Program-made: the position numbers and the translations under genes
Source: Chloroflexota bacterium
GTDB taxonomy: Bacteria; Chloroflexota; Dehalococcoidia; UBA2979
Length of the DNA: 64,000 nucleotides
NCBI GenBank assembly: GCA_002716405.1
Contig: PBBA01000006.1
Coordinates: 289,683 to 353,682 of the forward strand
Direction of reading: 5' to 3'
Shown: one piece after another, positions 1 through 9,984 of the stretch
Position numbering within the stretch: the stretch's first letter is position 1
How the letters are laid out: each line of letters starts with the position of its first letter
The notes under the pieces: generated by a model
Databases searched by the model: none
What the model was told of the DNA's origin: nothing
What the model saw: the letters and a program-made list of their open reading frames with translations, nothing else

Positions 1-770
1 ATAAAAATATAATTACTACCACACCTATTATAGGTAATGTTCGTGAAGTATTAAAAATACTGATCACTCAATTCGAGCCCTTATCACACATCGATTGGAT
101 AAATTGGATCGATGAATTACGTAGAGACCATAAAGACTCATTTAAAGTACCCGAGGTTAATGAGCTAACACCTCAATATATTGAATCTAGAATAGCGGAA
201 GAAATTGGAAATGATGGAGTTGTAGTAACAGGTGTTGGTCAACACCAAATGTGGGCTGCACAGCTAATGAATATCTCACGACCACGTCAACTAATTACTT
301 CAGGAGGTCTTGGCACAATGGGTTTCGAGGTTCCGGCAGCTTTAGGAGCTCAAGTTGCTGAACCAGATAGAACGGTTTGGACGATCTGTGGTGACGGAGG
401 GTTCCAAATGACTAATCAAGAAATTGCTACAATGATAGATGAAAATTTACCTGTAAAAATGGCGATTATGAACAATGGGTTTCTAGGAATGGTTCGTCAG
501 TGGCAAGAGCTTTTTTATGATAATAACTATGTTTCAGTCAATATGTCACAACCAGACTTTGTTAAACTTGGCGAAGCTTATGGGATAAAATCAATTCGTG
601 TTACTGATAAATCAGAAGTTGATGCAGTAATTAAAGAAGCAAACGAGCACTCTGGACCTGTTTTAATCGATTTCCAAGTGGAAACCGAAGGAAATGTTTG
701 GCCAATGGTTCCAGCAGGCGCTGCACTCAACGAAACCGTTGAAACATCAGAGCAAGTTAAGGCTTTGTAG
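1..770 (+). CDS. ilvB: Acetolactate synthase (AHAS) large catalytic subunit, C-terminal part; 5' end lies outside the window
   Basis: Frame 3 is open from base 3 (KNIITTTPIIGNVREV...) and runs into track ORF 249..770. ThDP-binding region GGLGTMGFEVPAALGA...CGDGGFQMTNQE...NNGFLGMVRQWQ. ilvN follows directly. Confidence 0.9.
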   Translation, partial: KNIITTTPIIGNVREVLKILITQFEPLSHIDWINWIDELRRDHKDSFKVPEVNELTPQYIESRIAEEIGNDGVVVTGVGQHQMWAAQLMNISRPRQLITSGGLGTMGFEVPAALGAQVAEPDRTVWTICGDGGFQMTNQEIATMIDENLPVKMAIMNNGFLGMVRQWQELFYDNNYVSVNMSQPDFVKLGEAYGIKSIRVTDKSEVDAVIKEANEHSGPVLIDFQVETEGNVWPMVPAGAALNETVETSEQVKAL

Positions 771-793
771 TTTGATTCACTTTGGAGATTAAT

Positions 794-1369
794 ATGAAAC
801 ATACGTTAGCTGCTTTGGTAGAGAATCATCCAGGGGTTCTGAATCGAGTTGCGTCATTATTTCGAAGGCGCGGTTTTAATATTGAATCTCTAGCTGTAGG
901 AACTACTGAACAAGAAGGTATTTCGAGGATGACTTTCGTGGTGGAAGGCGATGATAACGTAGGTGAACAAGTAGAAAAACAACTTTACAAATTAATCGAT
1001 ATCATTAAAGTTTCTGACCTTAGCCGTGAAGAATCGATAGTTAGGGAAATTGCATTAATTAAAGTCCGATGTGAAAAAAATAATCGCAGAGATATTCTTG
1101 ACTTAGTAGAAATATTCAGAGCACAAGCAGTAGACATCACTGAATATAGTGTAGTAATACAACTGGTAGCTCATCCTGAAACCGTCGACAGTTTACTAGA
1201 AAATCTTGCCACATACCCGATTATCGAAATGGTAAGGACTGGACGAATTGCCATGCTGAGAGGGCCACAAGCAATTTCTGTACCAACTACCGAACCAGTT
1301 GAAGTTGCTAGATTTCATCAAGCATCAGGTAGGCGCCCTGAGGGAGAATTACCCTACGTCTCAGAATAA
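794..1369 (+). CDS. ilvN: Acetolactate synthase small (regulatory, ACT-domain) subunit
   Basis: HTLAALVENHPGVLNRVASLFRRRGFNIESLAVG is the typical IlvN/IlvH ACT start. The ATG at 794 has GGAG 6 nt upstream; the track ORF begins at an upstream TTG at 782. Confidence 0.9.
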   Translation: MKHTLAALVENHPGVLNRVASLFRRRGFNIESLAVGTTEQEGISRMTFVVEGDDNVGEQVEKQLYKLIDIIKVSDLSREESIVREIALIKVRCEKNNRRDILDLVEIFRAQAVDITEYSVVIQLVAHPETVDSLLENLATYPIIEMVRTGRIAMLRGPQAISVPTTEPVEVARFHQASGRRPEGELPYVSE

Positions 1370-1400
1370 GTTTATGTATATAAACTAATAGGAGTTGAAA

Positions 1401-2936
1401 ATGAGTAACAGCGAAAAAGTTTATATTTTTGATACGACGCTTCGTGATGGAGAACAGTCCGCAGGTATAGGTTTTACAGTAAATGAAAAACTTGAGATTG
1501 CTCGAGCACTCGCAAGATTAAATGTAGATATTATCGAAGCTGGTTTCCCTATATCTTCACCGGGAGACTTAGAATCAGTTGCAGAAATTGCTAAACAAGT
1601 CAAAGGACCAGTAATAGCAGGCCTAGCTCGAGCAGCCTTTAATGACGTAGATGCAGCTTGGGAAGCTGTAAAACATGCAGAGACTCCACGAATACATGTT
1701 TTTCTATCTTCAAGTGATATCCATCTAGCACAACAGCTACGAAAAAATCGTGAAGATATAATGGAAATGGCCCGAGCTGCAGTTTCAAGAGCTGCAAAAT
1801 ATACCTCGGATGTCGAATTTTCTCCTATGGATGCTACACGATCTAGACCAGAATTCGTATATCAACTTGTTGAAGCAGCAATCGAAGAAGGGGCAACGAC
1901 AATTAATATTCCGGATACTGTCGGATATGCTATTCCTGAAGAGTTTGAAGCCTTCATACGTTCTCTTCCTGAAAATGTACCAAACATGCATAAAGCACGA
2001 ATATCTGTACATTGCCAAAATGACTTAGGAATGGCAACTGCAAATTCTTTAGCAGGAATTCTCGGTGGTGCACGTCAGGTTGAAGGGACAATTAATGGAA
2101 TTGGAGAAAGAGCTGGTAATGCATCTTTAGAAGAAATTATCATGTCGATACGTACACGTGACGATTTCATGAATGTACATGTAGATGCAAAGCCACAGGA
2201 AATTTACTCAATTAGTAAATTGGTTGAACGTGCATCAGGTATGACATTACAACCACATAAAGCAATTGTAGGGAAAAATGCTTTTCGACATTCATCAGGT
2301 ATCCATCAAGATGGTGTTCTAAAAATGAGAGAGACTTATGAAATAATGGATCCTGTTGAATTGGGTATCCCAGGCGGTTCAGCTATTGTACTGACAAAAA
2401 CGTCGGGTCGGCATGGTCTGCAATCGAGATTAGAATCTCTAGGAATTGAACCCTCAGAAGATGAATTCCAAAGAATATGGGATGCGTTTTTAGATGTTGC
2501 TGATGCCAAAGATGAAGTTGATGACCGCGATCTAATGGCCATTATCTCTGAGCAAACACAAATTCAAGTACAAGATGCCTGGACATTAGATCTTGTCCAA
2601 GTATCAACTGGTGACCACGGTACTCCCACGGCAACAGTCCGATTAATGGATCCAGATGGTAATACCTCTGAAGATGCAGCGATAGGAACAGGACCAGTTG
2701 ACGCCATTTATAGAGCAATAAATCGTGTCACAAATACCGAAAATTCATTAACAGAATTCTCTGTGAAATCAGTTACAGAAGGAATTGATGCACAAGGCGA
2801 AGTAACCATTAGAGTCGAAACAAATGGTGATGCATATCAGGGCAGGGCTGCAGATACAGACATTTTAGTAGCGAGTGCCCGAGCTTATTTGCATGCGCTA
2901 AATCGAGCTATTGCTGTAAAGAACATTGCTGAATAG
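1401..2936 (+). CDS. leuA: 2-isopropylmalate synthase
   Basis: IFDTTLRDGEQS, metal-site region SVHCQNDLGMATANSLAG, and a C-terminal LeuA regulatory domain. The ATG at 1401 is preceded by AGGAG; the track ORF starts two codons earlier at a TTG. Confidence 0.88.
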   Translation: MSNSEKVYIFDTTLRDGEQSAGIGFTVNEKLEIARALARLNVDIIEAGFPISSPGDLESVAEIAKQVKGPVIAGLARAAFNDVDAAWEAVKHAETPRIHVFLSSSDIHLAQQLRKNREDIMEMARAAVSRAAKYTSDVEFSPMDATRSRPEFVYQLVEAAIEEGATTINIPDTVGYAIPEEFEAFIRSLPENVPNMHKARISVHCQNDLGMATANSLAGILGGARQVEGTINGIGERAGNASLEEIIMSIRTRDDFMNVHVDAKPQEIYSISKLVERASGMTLQPHKAIVGKNAFRHSSGIHQDGVLKMRETYEIMDPVELGIPGGSAIVLTKTSGRHGLQSRLESLGIEPSEDEFQRIWDAFLDVADAKDEVDDRDLMAIISEQTQIQVQDAWTLDLVQVSTGDHGTPTATVRLMDPDGNTSEDAAIGTGPVDAIYRAINRVTNTENSLTEFSVKSVTEGIDAQGEVTIRVETNGDAYQGRAADTDILVASARAYLHALNRAIAVKNIAE

Positions 2937-2948
2937 TCCATTGCAACT

Positions 2949-3866
2949 TTATGCATTTGCTATAGCTAATTGTTTAAGTTTCTGAATTGCTTCAGTCTTC
3001 TTACGCGAATCATGAACAGCGCTTTCGTATGCAATATCAAAAAGTGGAGCCATATTAATTAGTACTTCGACTCGTTTGAAAAAATATGTATCGAACGAAT
3101 TGTTGTAGTTAATCATGATCTTATCCAAGAACTCTTTAGGCATATCATTTAATATACCTGCAAAATCAATAGCAAAATCACTGATCATAGTGTCACCAAA
3201 GTCAATTACACCACATAAATTATATTCAGAGTCAACTAATAGATGTTCGCCACTTATATCACCATGCACGAGAACTGGAGGTTGCGAAAAATTATTATCA
3301 TAATAACGAAATTTCTCTTGTAAGTTTTTTAAATACGCATACGAATATCCATCAATATCATCCTTCGCAGTTTTAAGCATTGGAATATAATGATCATCCA
3401 ATAAGTTTATTGTCTGTATGTCGATACTATCCAAACTATCGAGTGAAATAGTGTGTAATTGGTAAAAGAAATTAGCAATCTGAATCGCCAATGTATTAAT
3501 TTTAGACTCCGGTATTGTAACTGAACTTAGATTTCTTCCCTCTATGAATCGGTAAATCATAGCGAAATGACCATCTTGAGATTCGACCAATTGAGCATCT
3601 TGGGGGGTAATACCTGAAACAATTATATCTTGTAGATAATTGAGTAATTTAACTTCTTGGCGAAAAGAGTTAATTTCGGAATAGACACATGACTTTGCAA
3701 TAGATATAGCCCAATATGTTTGTCCATCAGAGACTCGATAGACCCTTCTATTCATACCAAAGCCAATCTGTTCCACACTTTTGTACTCGATAGTTGGAAG
3801 TACTATCTGAACAGAACGAAAAACGCTCTCCGGTAACGGAACATTATCGACATTAGCAGTCATCAA
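2949..3866 (-). CDS. Aminoglycoside/choline/homoserine-kinase-fold phosphotransferase (APH family), substrate unknown
   Basis: Kinase-fold catalytic motifs VLVHGDISGEHLLVD and VIDFGD. Its start overlaps the leuD stop by 4 nt. Confidence 0.7.
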   Translation of the reverse strand: MMTANVDNVPLPESVFRSVQIVLPTIEYKSVEQIGFGMNRRVYRVSDGQTYWAISIAKSCVYSEINSFRQEVKLLNYLQDIIVSGITPQDAQLVESQDGHFAMIYRFIEGRNLSSVTIPESKINTLAIQIANFFYQLHTISLDSLDSIDIQTINLLDDHYIPMLKTAKDDIDGYSYAYLKNLQEKFRYYDNNFSQPPVLVHGDISGEHLLVDSEYNLCGVIDFGDTMISDFAIDFAGILNDMPKEFLDKIMINYNNSFDTYFFKRVEVLINMAPLFDIAYESAVHDSRKKTEAIQKLKQLAIANA

Positions 3867-4483
3867 TTTATCTTTAGATTATCCTGACCAGCTTGATCTG
3901 TACTTGGTAAAAAAATCGAACGTATTTCTTCAAAAGAAGAAATCTTCTCTTCATTTGCCAATGTAATTCCTATATCATCCAAACCATTAAGTAATCGATG
4001 CTTTACAAATTCATCAATTTTGAATTGACGTGACCAATCTGAGCCTATCATGACAGTCTGATTTTCCAAGTTAATAACAATCTCTCCCTCAGGTAATTCT
4101 TCAGCACGAGACATTAAGTAATCAACATCATCTTGATCAAGTTGAATAGTCAGTAGACCAACTTTAGAACAATTGTTACGGAAAATATCACCAAAACTTG
4201 GGGCAATAATTGCTTCAACACCCATATCTTCTAAAGCCCATACAGCATGTTCTCTACTAGAACCACATCCGAAATTTTGCTGTGCAAGCATAATAGGCGC
4301 ACCCTGATATTGAGGTCGATTAGTTATAAAATCATCATCTTTACGCCAGTCAAAAAAGGCAAATTCACCATAACCTGTTCGCTCTATACGTTTCAAAAAT
4401 TGCTTAGGAATTATTTGATCTGTATCAACATCAGCACGATTTAAAGGAATCGCATTCCCACGAACTTGTTTAACTTCTTTCAT
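3863..4483 (-). CDS. leuD: 3-isopropylmalate dehydratase small subunit
   Basis: VDTDQIIPKQFL...FGCGSSREHA motifs. 1-nt overlap with the leuC stop. Confidence 0.92.
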   Translation of the reverse strand: MKEVKQVRGNAIPLNRADVDTDQIIPKQFLKRIERTGYGEFAFFDWRKDDDFITNRPQYQGAPIMLAQQNFGCGSSREHAVWALEDMGVEAIIAPSFGDIFRNNCSKVGLLTIQLDQDDVDYLMSRAEELPEGEIVINLENQTVMIGSDWSRQFKIDEFVKHRLLNGLDDIGITLANEEKISSFEEIRSIFLPSTDQAGQDNLKIN

Positions 4484-5889
4484 CAGATTATCTCCCTAAC
4501 ATCTACAAAATTACCTGAAATGGCTGCAGCAGCAGCCATTTCAGGACTAACGAGATGTGTTCTTCCACCAGCACCTTGACGTCCTTCAAAATTTCTGTTG
4601 CTTGTAGAAGCACACCTTTCTTGAGGTAATAAAATGTCTGGGTTCATTCCTAAACACATCGAACAGCCAGGCTCACGCCATTCAAAACCTGCATCTTTAA
4701 AAATTACATCTAACCCTTCTTCTTCTGCTTGTTGTTTAACTTTACCCGAACCAGGAACAATCATTGCATTTACAGAAGAAGACACTTTTTGACCATCAAT
4801 AATAGTTGCTGCCCTTCTTAAGTCTTCTATACGCCCATTCGTACAAGATCCAATAAATACTCGATCTATGCCTATATCCGTAATTGCTGTACCTGCCTCT
4901 AAACCCATATATTTCAATGCCCTCTGAGCAGTTTCGCGCGAAGATGCAGTCGTAGCATCATCAGGGTTAGGCACTACATCACTAACTGGTACACTTTGCG
5001 CTGGCGTAGTTCCCCAAGTCACATGTGGTGCTATGTTGTTTCCATCCAAAACGATCGATTTATCAAAAATCGCACCATCATCACTCACAAGTTTTTTCCA
5101 ATTTTCTACCTGTCGATCCCAATCTAATCCAGAAGGTGAAAATTCTTTACCACGTAAATATTGAAAGGTTTTTTCATCTGGAGCTATCAATCCTGCTCTT
5201 GCACCACCTTCAATAGTCATATTACACACTGTCATTCTTTCTTCCATCGAAAGGTTACGAATTACATCACCACGATATTCAATTACATGTCCAACACCAC
5301 CATCAACCCCAGTACGCTGAATAATGGCTAAAATTACATCCTTGGCTGTGACTCCGAATCCAAGTTCACCTGTAACTTCAACTGACATGGTTTTCGGTCG
5401 ACTTTGTGGTAGTGTTTGTGTAGCTAAAACATGTTCAACCTCTGAAGTACCAATACCAAAAGCTAAAGCACCAAACGCACCATGCGTTGAAGTATGACTA
5501 TCACCGCAAACAATGGTCATACCAGGTTGAGTTAGACCATGTTCAGGACTAATGATATGAACAATACCTTGCCGCAAATCAAATATATCCCACAAAGGAA
5601 TATCAAAATCATTGCAATTCGTTCTCAAAACTTCTATTTGTTGAGTAGACAAGGGATCAGGATTAGGTAATGTACGATCGGTCGTAGGCACATTATGATC
5701 TACTGTTGCTAACGTTAGATCAGGCCGACGTACGCTCCTGTTTGTCATTCTTAATCCATCAAATGCTTGAGGTGATGTAACTTCATGAACTAAATGTAGA
5801 TCAATGTATAAAAGGTCAGGCTTGCCCTGTTCTGAATGGACAACATGTTGTTCCCAAATCTTATCTACAATTGTTTGCGGTTGAGTCAT
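4483..5889 (-). CDS. leuC: 3-isopropylmalate dehydratase large subunit
   Basis: Aconitase-family motifs [15 protein letters not shown] and CSMCLGMN. The ATG at 5889 has GGAG 6 nt upstream; the track ORF starts 4 codons earlier. Confidence 0.92.
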   Translation of the reverse strand: MTQPQTIVDKIWEQHVVHSEQGKPDLLYIDLHLVHEVTSPQAFDGLRMTNRSVRRPDLTLATVDHNVPTTDRTLPNPDPLSTQQIEVLRTNCNDFDIPLWDIFDLRQGIVHIISPEHGLTQPGMTIVCGDSHTSTHGAFGALAFGIGTSEVEHVLATQTLPQSRPKTMSVEVTGELGFGVTAKDVILAIIQRTGVDGGVGHVIEYRGDVIRNLSMEERMTVCNMTIEGGARAGLIAPDEKTFQYLRGKEFSPSGLDWDRQVENWKKLVSDDGAIFDKSIVLDGNNIAPHVTWGTTPAQSVPVSDVVPNPDDATTASSRETAQRALKYMGLEAGTAITDIGIDRVFIGSCTNGRIEDLRRAATIIDGQKVSSSVNAMIVPGSGKVKQQAEEEGLDVIFKDAGFEWREPGCSMCLGMNPDILLPQERCASTSNRNFEGRQGAGGRTHLVSPEMAAAAAISGNFVDVREII

Positions 5890-5920
5890 TTTAAGCTCCA
5901 TTCTAATTTACAATTAAATT

Positions 5921-7576
5921 TCAAACACTTTGGCCCCAGTGAAAGAGCCAATATTCGTAAGCATCTTGTAACGCAAGCAATGAAGCACCTACAACGTCCG
6001 TAGAAGCTCCAACTGTTCGCCATAAACGTACACCATCACTGGATTCAATCAGAACACGAACAGCAGCATCAGCACCTGCACCAGAATCAATAATTCGAAC
6101 CTTATAATCTACTAAGCGAACTTGAGCTATTTCCGCATGTACTTCGGACAAAGCTTTTCGCACAGCAGCGTCTAAGGCAGATACAGGACCATTCCCATCA
6201 GCAGCTACTTGTGACAAATGATCACCTATACGCATTTTTACCATTGCCTCAGCTTGCATTTCTGCCATATACGAATCACTACTAGTATTTCGTCCATGTT
6301 CTACAATCAGAAAATCTTCAAGATTAAATGGAGATGTGTAATCATCTTGTAAACGACGCACCAGTAATTCAAAACTAGCTTCAGCTGATTCAAATTGGTA
6401 GCCACGAGCTTCTTGATTTTTTAAGTCAGAAAGAACTTGGGTAATTTGATTATCGTTTAACTGAACTTCTATACCTTGCTCACGAAGCTTCTCGACAATA
6501 TTTCTTCTACCAGACAGTTCAGAGATCAAAATTCGCTCTTTATTACCCACTAATGAAGGATCAATATGTGTATACGAGCCTGGTGATTTTGTGACTGCAG
6601 CAACATGCAACCCTGCTTTATGGGCAAATGCTCCAGCACCTACATATGGTTGCTGAGAATTAGGAGTGAAATTAGCAAGCTCTGATGCAAATAATGCAGT
6701 TTCCGTAAGTCGTTTAAGCTGCTCTTCACCAACTACATCTAAACCTAACTTTAATTTAAGATTTGGAATCACTGAAATCATATTTGCATTACCTGTGCGC
6801 TCACCCCATCCATTTAGACAGGCCTGTATTTGAGTAGCGCCTTCTTCAACCGCCGCTAAGGTACTCGCAACAGCCATATCCGTATCATTATGACAATGAA
6901 TACCAATATCACATTCAATAAGATCACGAATTTCTGTAATAATCTGCCGTATTTGTGAAGGGATAGCTCCCCCATTTGTATCACACAATGTAACAGTAGA
7001 AGCACCGGCTTTTTGTGCTGTGAGAATACAAGCTATCGCATAATCTTTATCTTCTTTATAACCATCAAAAAAATGCTCTGCATCAAAAATGACCTCTTTA
7101 CCTTTATTTTTAAGATATTGAATTGATTCAGCAATCATTAATAAATTTTCTTCTTCTGTGGTTTCTAAAACCTCTAACACTTGGCTCTTTGACGTTTTCC
7201 CTACAAGAGTAATTACTGCCGTACCAGCATCAAGAACGGCGCGAAGTGCCTCATCTTTTTCTACTTCATTGCCAGGTTTTCGTGTAGAACCAAATGCCAC
7301 GAGCACAGCACTAGCTAACGATATTTCTTTTGCTCGGTTAAAAAAATCTGCATCTTTAGGATTAGACCCTGGATACCCACCTTCAATGTAGTGAATACCC
7401 AAATCATCAAGTTTCTTTAGAATTAATAATTTGTCTTGTAAGGAAAGACTTAATCCTTCCATTCCAAGGCCATCACGCAATGTGGTGTCGTATAAGCGGA
7501 TATCAGATGCATTTGGTAAAAAAGATTTCACAGCATCAGAAGAGCCACTATCTGGGGAGTTCATATGGTCTGCCAT
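5921..7576 (-). CDS. cimA: (R)-citramalate synthase-type LeuA-family enzyme
   Basis: LYDTTLRDG, IHCHNDTDMAVASTLAA, a ~550-aa CimA-like architecture with a C-terminal regulatory domain. It heads the leuC-leuD operon. Confidence 0.78.
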   Translation of the reverse strand: MADHMNSPDSGSSDAVKSFLPNASDIRLYDTTLRDGLGMEGLSLSLQDKLLILKKLDDLGIHYIEGGYPGSNPKDADFFNRAKEISLASAVLVAFGSTRKPGNEVEKDEALRAVLDAGTAVITLVGKTSKSQVLEVLETTEEENLLMIAESIQYLKNKGKEVIFDAEHFFDGYKEDKDYAIACILTAQKAGASTVTLCDTNGGAIPSQIRQIITEIRDLIECDIGIHCHNDTDMAVASTLAAVEEGATQIQACLNGWGERTGNANMISVIPNLKLKLGLDVVGEEQLKRLTETALFASELANFTPNSQQPYVGAGAFAHKAGLHVAAVTKSPGSYTHIDPSLVGNKERILISELSGRRNIVEKLREQGIEVQLNDNQITQVLSDLKNQEARGYQFESAEASFELLVRRLQDDYTSPFNLEDFLIVEHGRNTSSDSYMAEMQAEAMVKMRIGDHLSQVAADGNGPVSALDAAVRKALSEVHAEIAQVRLVDYKVRIIDSGAGADAAVRVLIESSDGVRLWRTVGASTDVVGASLLALQDAYEYWLFHWGQSV

Positions 7577-7695
7577 TTTATCCGCTCTATTAAAAATTAA
7601 GCTTAGTTATTTTTACATAAATTAATCAAACATATAAAACAAGAATTTATTCCATTAAACTTACTACTAACGTTCAGAAAAGAAAATAAATAAAA

Positions 7696-8202
7696 ATGAC
7701 CACAATTCATAATTTAAATCCTGAAAAACGCCCCGGTGCTCGTGTACTTCTTTTTGACTGTGAAAAGAATTTGTTGCTTTTTGAAACATCTACAAATCCA
7801 TCAGATTTTAATGATGAAATTATCTGGATGACACCGGGTGGTGCTTCTGAATTCAATGAAAAACCTTCAGAGACTGCCCTAAGAGAATTATATGAAGAAA
7901 CAGGCTTTTCTCCTTCATTAAAAAAATGTGTCTGGGTACGTGATTGGATTTGGTACCACAGTGGATATAAAAAGTGGTATGACACACATGAATATTTCTA
8001 TGTTGCAGAACTGACTATAGCATCTCCAGAAATTAGACCCACAAAAAACGATGAATTGGTCACTCTAATGTCATATAAATGGATGAGTTTAGAAGAAATT
8101 TCCCAACTACCTGAAAAAACTTCTCCCTTAAAACTCAAGGAGCTCATAATCCCAATAATTAAAGGAGATTATCCAGAAAAGCCTTTATCAATCGGACAAT
8201 AA
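7696..8202 (+). CDS. Nudix hydrolase
   Basis: Nudix box GGASEFNEKPSETALRELYEETGF. Confidence 0.8.
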   Translation: MTTIHNLNPEKRPGARVLLFDCEKNLLLFETSTNPSDFNDEIIWMTPGGASEFNEKPSETALRELYEETGFSPSLKKCVWVRDWIWYHSGYKKWYDTHEYFYVAELTIASPEIRPTKNDELVTLMSYKWMSLEEISQLPEKTSPLKLKELIIPIIKGDYPEKPLSIGQ

Positions 8203-8205
8203 CCA

Positions 8206-9297
8206 TTAACTACCTAAACGAGATAAAACCTGATCAGCGATTTCGACCGTATTCAATGCATTACTATCAGAAGTTAAGTCAGCAGTTCGCAATCCATCTT
8301 CAATTACTTGGTTAACTGCATCTTCAATAGCCACTGCCTCGTCTTCCAAACCACAAGAGTGACGTAACATCATTGCGGTACATAAAATCATCGCAAGAGG
8401 ATTAGCAATATTTTTTCCAGCTATATCAGGTGCAGAACCATGAATAGGTTCGTACATACCAAAGGCTGTCCCAACTTCTCCTGGTGTAGATAAAGATGCC
8501 GATGCAAGCATGCCCATAGATCCAATCAACATTGAAGCTTCATCTGTAATTATGTCGCCAAACATATTCCCAGCTATTACAACATCAAAATCACTTGGGC
8601 GTCTTATTAGGTGCATTGTCATAGCATCAACTAGCACATCTTCATATTCTACTTCTGGAAATTCCTTTTGTACTTCATGCACAATTTCCCGCCATAAACG
8701 AGAGGACTCTAATACATTAGCCTTGTCGACATTAGTTAGTTTATTACGTCTTTGTTGAGCAAGTTTAAAACCCAGTCGTGCTACTCGTTCGACCTCATCT
8801 TCACGGTAATAAATTGTATCAACAGCAACACGGAGATTATTTTCATTCCTTCTTTCTTTTGGCTCGCCAAAGTAAGCTCCACTCGTTAGCTCTCTTATAA
8901 CCATAATGTCTGTACCTTCGAGAATTTCTGGTTTTATAGATGAGGAATCTAACAACGCAGGGATTGCTTTCACTGGACGTAAATTAGCCCACAATTGCAA
9001 CTCAGATCTTAATGCCAGTAAACCTTGTTCAGGACGAACTGGTGCTGTCGGATCATCCCATTTAGGTCCACCTACAGCACCAAACAAAATCGCATCGAAA
9101 TCTCGTGCCTCTTGGAGAGTTTGTTCACGAATAGCAACACCAAATTTGTCTATGCAATCTCCACCAACAGTATCATGTTTAAGGCGAAAAACATGTTCAA
9201 ATTGTTGTCCAATTAACTCTAAAGTCCTGACACCTTCTTTAGTAACTTCTGGGCCTATTCCATCACCAGGTAACACAAGAATATCAAAACTAGCCAT
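8206..9297 (-). CDS. leuB: 3-isopropylmalate dehydrogenase
   Basis: ILVLPGDGIGPEV start, NLRP motif, and GSAPDIAGKNIANPLAMI near the C-terminus. Confidence 0.93.
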   Translation of the reverse strand: MASFDILVLPGDGIGPEVTKEGVRTLELIGQQFEHVFRLKHDTVGGDCIDKFGVAIREQTLQEARDFDAILFGAVGGPKWDDPTAPVRPEQGLLALRSELQLWANLRPVKAIPALLDSSSIKPEILEGTDIMVIRELTSGAYFGEPKERRNENNLRVAVDTIYYREDEVERVARLGFKLAQQRRNKLTNVDKANVLESSRLWREIVHEVQKEFPEVEYEDVLVDAMTMHLIRRPSDFDVVIAGNMFGDIITDEASMLIGSMGMLASASLSTPGEVGTAFGMYEPIHGSAPDIAGKNIANPLAMILCTAMMLRHSCGLEDEAVAIEDAVNQVIEDGLRTADLTSDSNALNTVEIADQVLSRLGS

Positions 9298-9399
9298 GAA
9301 TTAACTCCTAAAATATTTTAAAACTAATATGCAATATTTATACAAATAAAACTTTTGATTTCAGGGGGAAATTTTGTAACAATTCTATACTTTAAGCAA

Positions 9400-9430
9400 G
9401 TAAATCCTCAGTCAATGACTGAGGATTTAC
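9400..9430 (-). terminator. Perfect 14-bp stem / 3-nt loop hairpin downstream of the zinc-ribbon ORF
   Basis: gtaaatcctcagtc-aat-gactgaggatttac. The T-run is stronger on the plus-strand side (ttgtcttttgtt). Confidence 0.5.
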
Positions 9431-9453
9431 TTGTCTTTTGTTATAAAGAAAAA

Positions 9454-9666
9454 TTACAAACGTAGTTTTCCATGTGATGGTTGACGACGACGCTGCTTAC
9501 CAGCTAATAAACGTTCTTCTTCCTCAATATCTTTGGGATCACAACGCTCACTGTCATGTACATAACCACACGCAATACATGTACCGAATTTTCCGTACCA
9601 ATCATCTTCAATTAACATGAGACCACGACATCTAGGACAATTCTTAGGTGGTTGACTCACTATCAT
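9454..9666 (-). CDS. Small zinc-ribbon protein with a basic C-terminal tail (70 aa), function unknown
   Basis: CPRC...(14)...CIAC four-Cys ribbon. AGGAG lies 7 nt upstream of the ATG. The ORF sits directly downstream of the c-di-AMP riboswitch. Confidence 0.6.
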   Translation of the reverse strand: MIVSQPPKNCPRCRGLMLIEDDWYGKFGTCIACGYVHDSERCDPKDIEEEERLLAGKQRRRQPSHGKLRL

Positions 9667-9715
9667 GCCTGCACTCCTATCTAGTGCTTCGGTATTTCCG
9701 AATTGGCCTGAAAAT

Positions 9716-9836
9716 TGCTTACGAGGTTAGCTGTCGGGTTCGGGTTGTCAGGACACCCGCTTTTCGAAAAAAGTTCACCCCAATTATTGGTTCCCCCGAT
9801 CTTGATTATAAATAAATAACCAAAGATTCAGCAGCT
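9716..9836 (-). promoter_or_regulatory. c-di-AMP riboswitch aptamer (ydaO/yuaA class)
   Basis: Minus-strand RNA reads UGCUGAAUC...GAUCGGGGGAACCAAUAAUUGGGGUGAAC...ACCCGAACCCGACAGCUAACCUCGUAAGCA. These match the conserved ydaO blocks as I recall them (GGGGGAnCCA, GGGGUGAAUC, CCGAAnCCGnCAGCUAACCUCGUAAGC). A closing helix UGCU/AGCA is present. Confidence 0.8.
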
Positions 9837-9871
9837 ATACAACCCAATTGGGTTGTGATTCTTTTAACAAG

Positions 9872-9899
9872 ATCATACTTATCTCTGACAACATGTCAA
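9872..9899 (-). promoter_or_regulatory. Sigma-70-like promoter for the riboswitch/zinc-ribbon transcript
   Basis: On the minus strand: TTGACA, 16 nt, TATGAT. Confidence 0.5.
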
Positions 9900-9984
9900 T
9901 AGTGTGTCCAAAAATCTTCAATTAAAAATCTCTTTAGCTTTCCTATATACAAACAACAAAGTAAATTTCATGGGAGGCGAAAAA

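Noticed and set aside
8906-9304. 132-aa plus-strand ORF (and 8510..8758, 9025..9216)
   Set aside because: They are antisense to leuB, with low-complexity Ser/Thr/Arg-rich translations typical of shadow frames.
9667-9900. Possible cobalamin riboswitch upstream of cobT (GGGAA...GGUGAA-like strings next to a B12 salvage gene)
   Set aside because: The conserved strings read correctly only on the minus strand, where they match the ydaO/c-di-AMP class (…CCCGAACCCGACAGCUAACCUCGUAAGC). I found no B12-box-like element on the plus strand.
9904-9984. Track start (GTG 9904) for cobT
   Set aside because: The first ~27 codons are low-complexity and unlike the CobT N-terminus. They abut the minus-strand promoter (9872..9899). 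The GGAGG-7nt-GTG at 9985 (or the ATG at 9970) is a better start.
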